Part shown: one piece after another, positions 49,487 to 58,104 of the stretch
How the letters are laid out: each line of letters begins with the position of its first letter
Position numbering within the stretch: the first letter of the stretch is position 1
Assembly: GCA_031423955.1 (NCBI GenBank)
Contig: JANPGJ010000305.1
Span: forward strand, 467-64,466
Length of the DNA: 64,000 nt
Reading direction: 5' to 3'
From: Burkholderiales bacterium
GTDB taxonomy: Bacteria > Pseudomonadota > Gammaproteobacteria > Burkholderiales > JAEUOS01
Translations under genes and position numbers: made by a program
The notes under the pieces: generated by a model
What the model was told of the DNA's origin: nothing
Seen by the model: the letters and a program-made list of their open reading frames with translations, nothing else
The model's database searches: none

Positions 49487-49814
49487 GGTCGACCCTCCTG
49501 ACAATTCGCGTGTGCTTGGTAGTCACCGAAATTTACCCGAAGATCGACGTTCCGCGCAGATCGCGATGCTGCGACCGGCGCTGGCACCACGGCTGACAAA
49601 GCAGCGCTGCCTGCCGGCAATCCCGAAAAGCAGCTGACTTTGACCGGCAATCGCGCAATTCCGCCAATATCGCGTCCGTTGGCGACATCGTCCGCCAAGC
49701 CCAATGACCCCGGCGATGGACGAGTCCAGCGGCACGCTTCATCACTCCACCCCCACGACCTGCCGCGCGCGCGGTCGATCCGATACTGTCCCGGCAGCCG
49801 TTTAGAATCCCGCG

Positions 49815-52169
49815 ATGCGACTGGTTCTGCTGGCGTTTGCCCTCGGTTGTGCGGCGGTGCAATTGCTCGCCAACCTGCCATCGACTGTGGCGCTCGGTGC
49901 AACTATTGTTCTGGCGCTTGCGGCTGGCCTGTACGCGTTGCTCGCTCAAGGATCGATCCTGACGCGGTCTGCGGCGCTGGTCGCCGCCGTCGCCGCCGGC
50001 GTTGGCTGGGCAGCGACATTCGCACATGTCCGTCTTGCTGACCAACTGCCGGAGGCATTTGAAGGGCGCGACATCGAGGTCATCGGCGTCGTTGCGTCGC
50101 TGCCCCAGCATTTCGAGCGCGGCGTTCGCTTCGAGTTCACGCCCGAACAGGTGCTGACCGCCGGCGCCACGTTGCCGCGCCGCATTCAACTGGCTTGGTA
50201 TGGCGGCTATGTGCCGGACGCAGCGGCAGACAATCCGGTCGTGCATGCGGGCGAGCGCTGGCGGCTGAACCTGCGCCTGCGCAAGCCGCACGGCGGCGCC
50301 AACCCGCACGGGTTCGACTACGAGGCCTGGCTGCTGGAACGCGGAATTCGCGCCACCGGCTACGTTCGGCCGCCGCGCAGCGAAGCGCCGCAGCGATTGC
50401 TGGCCTCGTTCGTCTGGTCATTCGGCACTGCGGTCGATCGGGCGCGCGGGATCGCGCGTGCACGCCTGCAGAATGCGCTGGCCGATGCGCCGCATGGCGG
50501 CGTCATTGTGGCGCTCGCGCTCGGCGACCAGCGCGCGATCGACGGCGATGACTGGCAACTGTTCGCCCGCACCGGAGTCGCGCATCTGATGAGCATCTCC
50601 GGACTCCATGTGACCATGATCGCCAGTTTCGGGGCTTTCCTGGCGTTCGCCGCATGGCGCCGCTCCGAGAGACTGATGCTTGTACTGGCAGCGCCCCGGG
50701 CTGCGGCCGCAGCCGGACTTCTCGCGGCCTTCGCCTATTGCCTGATCGCAGGGTTCGCCGTGCCGGCCCAGCGTACCCTCTTCATGCTGGCGGTAGCAGC
50801 CTGGTCGGTATGGCGCGGCTGGTTCGGATCGGGGACGCGGGTTCTCGCCATTGCGCTGGCCTTGGTCTGTCTGATCGATCCGTGGGCGCCGCTGTCGCCC
50901 GGATTCTGGCTCTCCTTCGGCGCGGTCGCGGTATTGTTGCTGGCGGGCGCTTCCGCAGGCACGCGGGTCCACTGGCTCAAGGCCGCCCTGGTCGCGCAAT
51001 TGGCCGTGACGCTTGGATTGATTCCGCTCACCCTGGCCTTGTTTCAACAGGTATCCCTCGCCGGCCCGCTGGCCAATGCGCTTGCCATCCCGGTCGTAAG
51101 CTTCGTGATCACCCCGCTGGCGCTGCTGGCCAGCTTGCTGCCGTTTGACGGCATCGCATTGCTGGCACATTGGGTACTGGCCCAGTTGATCGAGTACCTG
51201 GCCTGGCTCGGTTCGTTCGAGGGCGCGGTATGGCAACGCGCCGCGCCCCCTGCCTGGACAATACTGCTGGCGATTGCCGGGACGCTTTGGTGCCTGGTTC
51301 CCTGGTGGTTGCACTGGCGCGCGCTTGGCGCGGTGTGGATGTTGCCGATGCTGGTCCACCCGGCACCGACGCCGTCCGAGGGCGATCTCTGGTTGGCTGT
51401 GCTCGATGTCGGACAGGGCCTGGCGGTGGTCGCCCGCACGGCGCGGCATGCCCTGGTATTCGATACCGGCCCCCAATATTCCCCTGAAGCAGACGGCGGC
51501 AACCGCGTGATCGTGCCCTATCTTCGCGGCGAGGGCGTATCAAGGCTTGATGCGTTGATCGTCAGTCATGACGACCAGGACCATAGAGGTGGTGCATCTT
51601 CAACCCTCAAGGCAGTCAGCACCGACTTGCTGATGTCACCATTGCCTCCGGACCACACGCTCGGCAAGCTGGCCATCGATCGACGAAGGTGCGTCGCCGG
51701 CGATCGCTGGGTATGGGACGGCGTCATCTTCGAGTTCCTGCACCCTCCCCGCAATGCCTACGAAAATCCGGACCTGAAAGACAATGCCCGCAGTTGCGTG
51801 CTGGCGATCCGCGCCCATGGGCGCCAGATCCTGTTGCCGGCCGATATCGAGCGTGACGTCGAGGCTGCCCTGGTCCAAGCCGCTTCGCCCCTAGCCAGTG
51901 ACGTACTGGTGGTACCCCACCATGGCAGCAAGACTTCGTCAACCGCGGAATTCCTCGATGCGGTCAGACCCGCCACCGCCATCGTCGCCGCCGGATATCG
52001 CAACCGGTTTCGCCATCCGGCGCCCGAGGTCATCGAGCGCTACCGATCGCGTAGCATCCGCATCCTGCGCACCGATGAAGCTGGCGCCATCACGGTCCGG
52101 ATCGGTGCCAATCAGGAGCAGGTGGAAGCCTGGCGGACGGCACGGCCGCGCTACTGGTATGGCCGCTGA
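49815..52169 (+). CDS. comEC: DNA internalization-related competence protein ComEC/Rec2 (membrane channel domain plus C-terminal metallo-beta-lactamase domain)
   Basis: 784 aa, polytopic centre (GVAHLMSISGLHVTMI competence motif), and a C-terminal MBL motif VLDVGQG...SHDDQDHRGG...VPHHGS. Confidence 0.9.
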   Translation: MRLVLLAFALGCAAVQLLANLPSTVALGATIVLALAAGLYALLAQGSILTRSAALVAAVAAGVGWAATFAHVRLADQLPEAFEGRDIEVIGVVASLPQHFERGVRFEFTPEQVLTAGATLPRRIQLAWYGGYVPDAAADNPVVHAGERWRLNLRLRKPHGGANPHGFDYEAWLLERGIRATGYVRPPRSEAPQRLLASFVWSFGTAVDRARGIARARLQNALADAPHGGVIVALALGDQRAIDGDDWQLFARTGVAHLMSISGLHVTMIASFGAFLAFAAWRRSERLMLVLAAPRAAAAAGLLAAFAYCLIAGFAVPAQRTLFMLAVAAWSVWRGWFGSGTRVLAIALALVCLIDPWAPLSPGFWLSFGAVAVLLLAGASAGTRVHWLKAALVAQLAVTLGLIPLTLALFQQVSLAGPLANALAIPVVSFVITPLALLASLLPFDGIALLAHWVLAQLIEYLAWLGSFEGAVWQRAAPPAWTILLAIAGTLWCLVPWWLHWRALGAVWMLPMLVHPAPTPSEGDLWLAVLDVGQGLAVVARTARHALVFDTGPQYSPEADGGNRVIVPYLRGEGVSRLDALIVSHDDQDHRGGASSTLKAVSTDLLMSPLPPDHTLGKLAIDRRRCVAGDRWVWDGVIFEFLHPPRNAYENPDLKDNARSCVLAIRAHGRQILLPADIERDVEAALVQAASPLASDVLVVPHHGSKTSSTAEFLDAVRPATAIVAAGYRNRFRHPAPEVIERYRSRSIRILRTDEAGAITVRIGANQEQVEAWRTARPRYWYGR

Positions 52170-52261
52170 GGAGCGATTCTGAACCAGCCTTCAAGCGGCA
52201 TCGCGAACCCGACGCCGAAACCTTGCAGGTGAAACCCGGGATCGGGGTAGCCAATTGTCGG

Positions 52262-54475
52262 TCAGGCCGCCAAAGCAACTGGCGCCGGATCAACCGACAA
52301 CGCGTCGATCGCGCGATCCACCACCGCCGCCGTACCATCGACCCGTACCGCAACGCCCTGACGAAAAAGTCCCGCGAGCGTACTGACGTTCATTTGCCTG
52401 AGGTCGCCGCCATTGGTGAATAGATAAAACGTTCGTTTCGGGCTGACCCAGGTCAGCTTGTAGCACTGCTTCACCTTGCCATCGCAAAACTCGACCAGCG
52501 CGCCCCTGCTCATCTCCAGCACAAGGCATTCGTAGTCGTCATTGGCCGAAAACATCGGCACCGACTTCAACACCGGGGCAACCGGACTTTGACTGGGAAC
52601 CGGCTGCGACACCACATCTGCCCTCGCAGCCTTCGCCGCCGCGATCGCACCGGTGTGGGCCTGCATCAACTGGTTGAAGAATGCCTGTCGCTCCGCGTCG
52701 GCGCCGCCGACTGCGGCCAGACCGCGCATCAGCCCGCGGACCAGTTTGGGCAACATGCCGGCAAGCGCCGGGATGTCTGCGCGGCCCTTCGGCTCAACAC
52801 TCCAGATCAGATCCGCCGCCAGACTCAGACGCGCAGGCACCGAATCATCGCCCGCCAATTCCTTGACATGGGCGTCGACAACTGCGCCGAGCCATAGCGT
52901 TGTCAGGAAGTCGCGAATGAAATCCGGTGTGCCCGCGCTGATCCGGCCAGCGAGATCGGCGCGCACCGCTGCCTCGGCTGCCGCGACCGCTTCCTGTGCC
53001 GCCAACGCGTGGGCTTGCGCGGCGGCGGCGCTGTCCGCCGCGGCATGCTCACGCGCCACCAGTGCTTCAAGTTCCTCGAATGCGGTGGCGAACACAGCCA
53101 CGTCCTGCTTGAACTGTACTGCCAGATCATCGACCACATGCTTGATACCACGCATGAACAGGCCATCTTCGATGCGGTTGATCGTCGGATCGGCCCCGGC
53201 CTCGGCCATGCGATCGAGCAGGCGCCGCATCGGATGCAGGCGTTGGGCGAAAAAACTGCGGTCGAGGATCGCCGCCTTCACGGCGACAATTTGCAGGCGG
53301 GCGATCAATCCCTTGATCGCATTGTCGATTTTCGGATCGTTGTGCAGATAGTCGAAAACCACCGTCACCAATTCAATCGTCAACTGGTCGAGCGGCGTGC
53401 CCTGGGCCACAAGGCCGCGGTCCATATCGCGTAGAAAGCCAGGCGCGAGAAGTCCCGCAGCCGAGCCCAGGTTTGCTTCGGACTGCAGACGCGCCAGCGC
53501 TTCGAGCAGCGATTCGCTGCCCACACTTTCCCCGGCCGCGAAACGCGCCGGATCGGCCAGCATGCGCATGCTTGCAGCCCGCGCAGACGCCTGACCCTGA
53601 GCCAGGCCGGCCAGCAGGCTGGCGATGCCGGCTTGCTCGTTGCCCAGCGAATCGCCAAGCCAGCCGCTGCGCTCCGCTGGCGCGGTGCCGTCAAACTGCG
53701 ACAGGCGTCCGCTTTGCGACAAGGCCTTCATGCGCTGGGTCGCGGACATTCCCATCATGCGTTGCGAGACACCCATCGGGTCCGCGGTGGTTTTCACAGT
53801 GTGACGAATGCGCGGCAGGATATGGTGCGCCACCAGGCTTTCGTTGACCGCGCGATAGATCTGGCTGATCGATTTCGAGAGGTAAGGCTGGAACGCTGCG
53901 AGCATCGCCTGCTTCACCGCATCTTCTGCCGGCACATGGTTGCAAGCGAGCTTCAAAGCCTCGAATATCGCCTCCGGGCTGAGCGGATTGTCGGCGTCCT
54001 CGAGCGAGTCGCGATTGAGCAACATGCCAAAGCGTGCGCGGATTCCCAGCATCTCGTTGTTGTCAAGCGAAGTCATGACCGTCTTGGCCAACCGGTCGAT
54101 GGCAATGCCGGTTTCGATGATCGAATCCGATACCAGCGACAGTTCGATGCCGCCGAAGTCACTCGCCGGCGCTGCCGCCGCAGGCGTGGCCGATGGCTTG
54201 CCGGAATCCAGGCGCTTGTCGTAGATGCTCTTGAAACTCTCTTCGAATTGACGCTGGATTTCTGTCCGGTGCTGGCGTACCCTCGACATCGCATCCAGAT
54301 ACATCTGCTGCTCGTCGCGCTTGACGCTCTTGTCGGCAAGTTGAAAGAGATCTTCGTCAATCTTCGCCAGCGCGCCGGCAACGACTTCAGCCAGGCGGGC
54401 GCGTGCGATGTCGCGGCATTCGTTCAAAAGTGAGTCAGCCGGGGTCTGGATTATGGAATTCTGTTGTGGATTCAT
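52262..54475 (-). CDS. DUF1631-like large soluble protein (737 aa), function unknown
   Basis: N-terminal LLNECRDIARARLAEVVAGALAKIDEDLFQLADKS and C-terminal YKLTWVSPKRTFYLFTNGGD blocks match my recollection of DUF1631 proteins. No catalytic motif seen. Confidence 0.65.
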   Translation of the reverse strand: MNPQQNSIIQTPADSLLNECRDIARARLAEVVAGALAKIDEDLFQLADKSVKRDEQQMYLDAMSRVRQHRTEIQRQFEESFKSIYDKRLDSGKPSATPAAAAPASDFGGIELSLVSDSIIETGIAIDRLAKTVMTSLDNNEMLGIRARFGMLLNRDSLEDADNPLSPEAIFEALKLACNHVPAEDAVKQAMLAAFQPYLSKSISQIYRAVNESLVAHHILPRIRHTVKTTADPMGVSQRMMGMSATQRMKALSQSGRLSQFDGTAPAERSGWLGDSLGNEQAGIASLLAGLAQGQASARAASMRMLADPARFAAGESVGSESLLEALARLQSEANLGSAAGLLAPGFLRDMDRGLVAQGTPLDQLTIELVTVVFDYLHNDPKIDNAIKGLIARLQIVAVKAAILDRSFFAQRLHPMRRLLDRMAEAGADPTINRIEDGLFMRGIKHVVDDLAVQFKQDVAVFATAFEELEALVAREHAAADSAAAAQAHALAAQEAVAAAEAAVRADLAGRISAGTPDFIRDFLTTLWLGAVVDAHVKELAGDDSVPARLSLAADLIWSVEPKGRADIPALAGMLPKLVRGLMRGLAAVGGADAERQAFFNQLMQAHTGAIAAAKAARADVVSQPVPSQSPVAPVLKSVPMFSANDDYECLVLEMSRGALVEFCDGKVKQCYKLTWVSPKRTFYLFTNGGDLRQMNVSTLAGLFRQGVAVRVDGTAAVVDRAIDALSVDPAPVALAA

Positions 54476-54512
54476 AGGTTTGGCCTGCCGCAGTAGGTTT
54501 GCCGAAATAATT

Positions 54513-54549
54513 ATGACAATAGCATATCATCAAAATATGCCATTGTCAT
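54513..54549. promoter_or_regulatory. 15-bp-arm imperfect palindrome ATGACAATAGCATAT-N7-ATATGCCATTGTCAT upstream of the DUF1631 gene
   Basis: 14 of 15 arm positions are complementary. The surroundings are strongly AT-rich. It lies 38-74 nt upstream of ATG 54475 on the minus strand. Confidence 0.4.
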
Positions 54550-54788
54550 TGAATGCGCCGGGCACTTGGATTACCTCACATGGGGTAGTTGACGGCAACG
54601 TGGCGCAAAACCTGAGACCGAGCAGACCGGAAATCGGTAGCCGGCGGGCTTGATTTGCCGCCGAACATGTTCGAGTGTCGTCGTCAACCGGCTGCCGCCG
54701 GCATCGCGACTGGCGACAGATCCCTGTCTAACGTGGTTGGCGCGGCGCCACGTCGTTGCGGCGCCGGCAGGCTGTCAGTGCGCCGCCG

Positions 54789-55457
54789 TCAAGTCGCCTT
54801 GCGCTGACGTTCCGAGATCATCTTGCGCAGCGCCAGCACATTGATTGCCACGCCTTGCATGTTGGGGTTGATCGCCAACGCGCGCTCGAAGTACTCGAGT
54901 GCGAGGTCGAAATTCTCCAGTCTTGAATGGATCTGCCCGTAACCGGAAAGTGCACCGAAGTGATACGGGTTGCGCTTCAGGACTTCATCACAATCGGCCA
55001 GGGATTCCTGCAATCGACCGCTGAAATAGAGTACTGTGGCGCGCTTGTTCCAGCCCTCAGCGAAATCGGGCTTCAACCGGATGATTTCGCTGAAAGTGTG
55101 GATCGCCGCCTCGACATCGGCGGAATTCATTTGCAGGACTCCGGTCTTGTAGAGTTGGTCGACCCGGGCATTGCCGCTGCGCCCCCAGATCTTCCACAGG
55201 GCGGCCTCGGCCGATAGGCGGACCTCGTCCTGAGCGTCGGCAAGTGCAGCGACCAGCAGCCTGGCATCCTGCATCATGCCGACCTCGGCCAGTCGATCCA
55301 CCGCGGCGCGACGCACTTGCGGCGACTTGCTGGCCATTTGTTGCAGCGCTTGCTGCCGTGACGGCGGCGCGCCTTGCGAGGCCATCGAAAATGCCGCAAG
55401 CAAGCCTGCGAGCACCGCACCAATCCAGCGCTTGTCGAAACCGGCTGCGATTCTCAT
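54789..55457 (-). CDS. secreted HEAT/TPR repeat protein
   Basis: From ATG 55457: a signal peptide (WIGAVLAGLLAAFSMASQG), a HEAT-like segment (SPQVRRAAVDRLAEVG...DEVRLSAEAAL), then TPR repeats (FAEGWNKRATVLYFSGRLQESLADCDEVLKRNPYH). The ATG overlaps the upstream stop (ATGA at 55454-55457). Confidence 0.7.
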   Translation of the reverse strand: MRIAAGFDKRWIGAVLAGLLAAFSMASQGAPPSRQQALQQMASKSPQVRRAAVDRLAEVGMMQDARLLVAALADAQDEVRLSAEAALWKIWGRSGNARVDQLYKTGVLQMNSADVEAAIHTFSEIIRLKPDFAEGWNKRATVLYFSGRLQESLADCDEVLKRNPYHFGALSGYGQIHSRLENFDLALEYFERALAINPNMQGVAINVLALRKMISERQRKAT

Positions 55458-56152
55458 TTCACGGCCTCCCTGAGCCATTTCACCAACGGCAATGCGCGTT
55501 TGAAACCGCCTGCCACCTGCGCTGCAAGGCTTGCCGCCTCGAGACCCTTGACCGGCGCCTCGGTCCACACGATAAAGCTTTTCTGCTTGATGTTCTCGAT
55601 GTATGGCGTATCGACGGTGTACCCCTTGGGTGGGCGCGCCAGTCGCGCTTCATCAGCGAATTGTCCGAAATGCGACCACATCGCGCGCGCCCTGAGCAGT
55701 TTTGCAAACTGCACCGGATGCGTGGCGATCGACTTGCGAACCTTGGCCAATACGTCGGGCGGCGGCATGTAGCATCCGCCGGCAACCAGCAGCTTGCCAT
55801 GGTGATCGATGTGGAAATAGTAATGCGATCCAGGATCCTTCTTGCCGCCCGGCGCGATCACCGCTGAAAAATTGGTCTTGTACGGACTCTTGTCTTTCGA
55901 AAACCGGATGTCGCGATTGATGCGGAATTGCGCCTTTTTCGGATCCTGGCCGGCCACCGCAGGATCGAAACGCGTTGTCTCGGCGATCACCCGGGCAACC
56001 AGCTGCGTGAATTCCAGGCGCAGGATGTCGTATGAAGGTTTGTTCATGGCGAACCATGCGCGGTTGTTGTTCTCCGCAAGGCCCTCCAGGTAGTTGACGA
56101 GTTCGCGCGTGTTCATGTCGACGGATATTTTTTGAGATTGCCCAGAAGCCAT
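55454..56152 (-). CDS. DUF2461 (TIGR02453-type) family protein
   Basis: LEGLAENNNRAWFAMNKPSY, FRINRDIRFSKDKSPYKTNF and YFHIDHHGKLLVAGGCYMP are typical of this family. Start uncertain: ATG 56152 or ATG 56116. The track start at 56224 adds an Arg-rich tail. Confidence 0.7.
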   Translation of the reverse strand: MASGQSQKISVDMNTRELVNYLEGLAENNNRAWFAMNKPSYDILRLEFTQLVARVIAETTRFDPAVAGQDPKKAQFRINRDIRFSKDKSPYKTNFSAVIAPGGKKDPGSHYYFHIDHHGKLLVAGGCYMPPPDVLAKVRKSIATHPVQFAKLLRARAMWSHFGQFADEARLARPPKGYTVDTPYIENIKQKSFIVWTEAPVKGLEAASLAAQVAGGFKRALPLVKWLREAVK

Positions 56153-56341
56153 GATAAGCCAGGCGTACCGCCCGGATTGGCGATGGCCCATCGGCAGGCG
56201 GCGGACCGGTCTCAATGGCGGCATGCTGTGCCAGACTGTAGTGCGTTACCTGAGCATTCGGGCAACTAAATGTGATGTCAGCCCGATGCAAGGCTTGCGC
56301 GCTACACTTGAGGATCACTCATTGATCAGGAGACACGCATC

Positions 56342-57526
56342 ATGGCTCAACGCGAAGTAATGGTTTTGTCCGGCGCCCGCACCGCGATCGGCACCTTTGG
56401 CGGCGCCCTCAAGGACACGCCGGCCGTTGATCTCGCCGCCACGGTATTGCGTGAGGCGGTAGCACGGGCAAAAATCGATCCGGCCAGGGTTGGGCACGTC
56501 GCCTTCGGCCATGTGGTCAATACCGACGTGCGCGACATGTACCTGTCGCGCATGGCCACCATCAACGGCGGCTTGCCGATCGAGACACCGGCGTTCAACG
56601 TCAATCGCCTGTGCGGATCCGGACTGCAGGCAATCGTCTCGGTGGCGCAATCGATCCTGCTCGGCGATACCGACGCCGGTGTGGCGGGCGGCGCCGAAGC
56701 CATGAGCCGCGCACCCTACTGGCTGCCCAGCAGCCGCTGGGGCTCGCGTATGGGAGACGGCAAGATGGTCGATCCAATGGTCGGCGCACTGCATGACCCG
56801 TTCAATGTCATTCACATGGGCGTGACGGCGGAAAACGTCGCCCGCCAGTGCGGCATCACGCGCGAGCAGCAGGATCAACTTGCGATGCTAAGCCACAACC
56901 GCGCCCAGCATGCCATCGCCGCCGGCTACTTCAAGGAACAGATCGTCGGCATCGAGATGAAGTCGCGCAAGGGAGTCGTCATGTTTGACACCGACGAGCA
57001 TGTGCGCAACGACTGCAAACTGGAGGACATGGCGAAACTCAAGCCGGTATTCGAAAAAGACGGCACCGTGACCGCAGGCAATGCCTCCGGCATCAACGAT
57101 GCCGCCGCCGCGCTGGTGCTGATGGAAGCCGCGGCCGCGGCCGCTGCGGGGCACAAGCCGCTGGCCAGACTGGTGGGCTACGCGCATGCCGGCCTGGAGC
57201 CCAAGATAATGGGTCTGGGACCGGTGCCCGCAACCCGAAATGTGCTCAAGAAGACCGGCCTCAAACTTGATCAGATCGATGTCATTGAAGCCAATGAAGC
57301 GTTTGCCGCACAAGCCCTTGGGGTCAGCAAGGAACTCGGGCTTGATCCAAAGAAGGTCAATCCGAACGGCAGCGGCATTTCGCTGGGCCATCCGATCGGT
57401 GCCACCGGCGCGATCATCAGCATCAAGGCCATCTATGAGCTGCATCGGACCGGCGGCCGCTATGCGCTGGTCACCATGTGCATCGGCGGCGGCCAGGGCA
57501 TTGCTGCGATATTCGAGCGAGTCTGA
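56342..57526 (+). CDS. acetyl-CoA C-acetyltransferase (thiolase II)
   Basis: Active-site NRLCGSGLQA, then NGSGISLGHPIGATG and MCIGGGQGIA. AGGAGA lies 9 nt upstream. Confidence 0.93.
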   Translation: MAQREVMVLSGARTAIGTFGGALKDTPAVDLAATVLREAVARAKIDPARVGHVAFGHVVNTDVRDMYLSRMATINGGLPIETPAFNVNRLCGSGLQAIVSVAQSILLGDTDAGVAGGAEAMSRAPYWLPSSRWGSRMGDGKMVDPMVGALHDPFNVIHMGVTAENVARQCGITREQQDQLAMLSHNRAQHAIAAGYFKEQIVGIEMKSRKGVVMFDTDEHVRNDCKLEDMAKLKPVFEKDGTVTAGNASGINDAAAALVLMEAAAAAAAGHKPLARLVGYAHAGLEPKIMGLGPVPATRNVLKKTGLKLDQIDVIEANEAFAAQALGVSKELGLDPKKVNPNGSGISLGHPIGATGAIISIKAIYELHRTGGRYALVTMCIGGGQGIAAIFERV

Positions 57527-57548
57527 GCCGGGACGTCCGCCGTAGCTG

Positions 57549-57576
57549 GCCGGCGCGGCGATCGACCCGCGCCGGC
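57549..57576 (+). other. perfect 10-bp GC stem-loop downstream of the thiolase gene, without a U-tract
   Basis: GCCGGCGCGG (57549-57558) / CCGCGCCGGC (57567-57576), 8-nt loop CGATCGAC, 23 nt after the stop. No T-run follows, so it is not a canonical intrinsic terminator. Confidence 0.4.
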
Positions 57577-57632
57577 GCCGCCGATAGGGCGGGCGTCGTA
57601 GCCTGATGCGGCATGACACCTCGGAGGGGCGC

Positions 57633-57941
57633 ATGACAAACAGAATCGCGGCAATTGCCGTAGCCATATTGATGCTTGCCGCCGGCCCGGGGCAGGCGCA
57701 GGACAAGATCCCGCACGAACGCGGAGAGTTGCTGTATTCCACTTTCTGCGTGGCCTGCCACACCACACAGATGCACTGGCGTGACAAGAAAATCGCCCGC
57801 GACTTGCCGGGATTGCGCGAACAGGTACGGCGGTGGCAGCGCAATGCCGGCCAGAATTGGGACGCGGCCGACATCGAGGCGGTGGTCAACCATCTGAACC
57901 GCACTTACTACAAGTTTCCCGGAGTGACCGACAAGAGCTGA
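57633..57941 (+). CDS. small periplasmic monoheme c-type cytochrome-like protein
   Basis: ATG at 57633 with GGAGG 5 nt upstream. Signal peptide MTNRIAAIAVAILMLAAGPGQAQ, and a single CxxCH (FCVACHT) followed by Met candidates (TQMHW). Confidence 0.55.
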   Translation: MTNRIAAIAVAILMLAAGPGQAQDKIPHERGELLYSTFCVACHTTQMHWRDKKIARDLPGLREQVRRWQRNAGQNWDAADIEAVVNHLNRTYYKFPGVTDKS

Positions 57942-58104
57942 TCGATAGCGCTGTTGACACGTCGGCGCACGACGCGTTGCCCATCTGACGCCTGCAGAAC
58001 GCGCCGCGCTTTTCGGCAACCATCGCCGGTCCAGTTGGGTCCGGTCACCGCAACAAGCCGCTCTAGTCGCGCCTCCTGCAACGACAACGTCGCGCCTGCC
58101 CTGA

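Noticed and set aside
54408-54653. 81-aa plus-strand ORF spanning the DUF1631 start and the palindrome.
   Set aside because: It overlaps the DUF1631 start on the opposite strand. It has no SD and an odd composition. The palindrome is better explained as a regulatory site.
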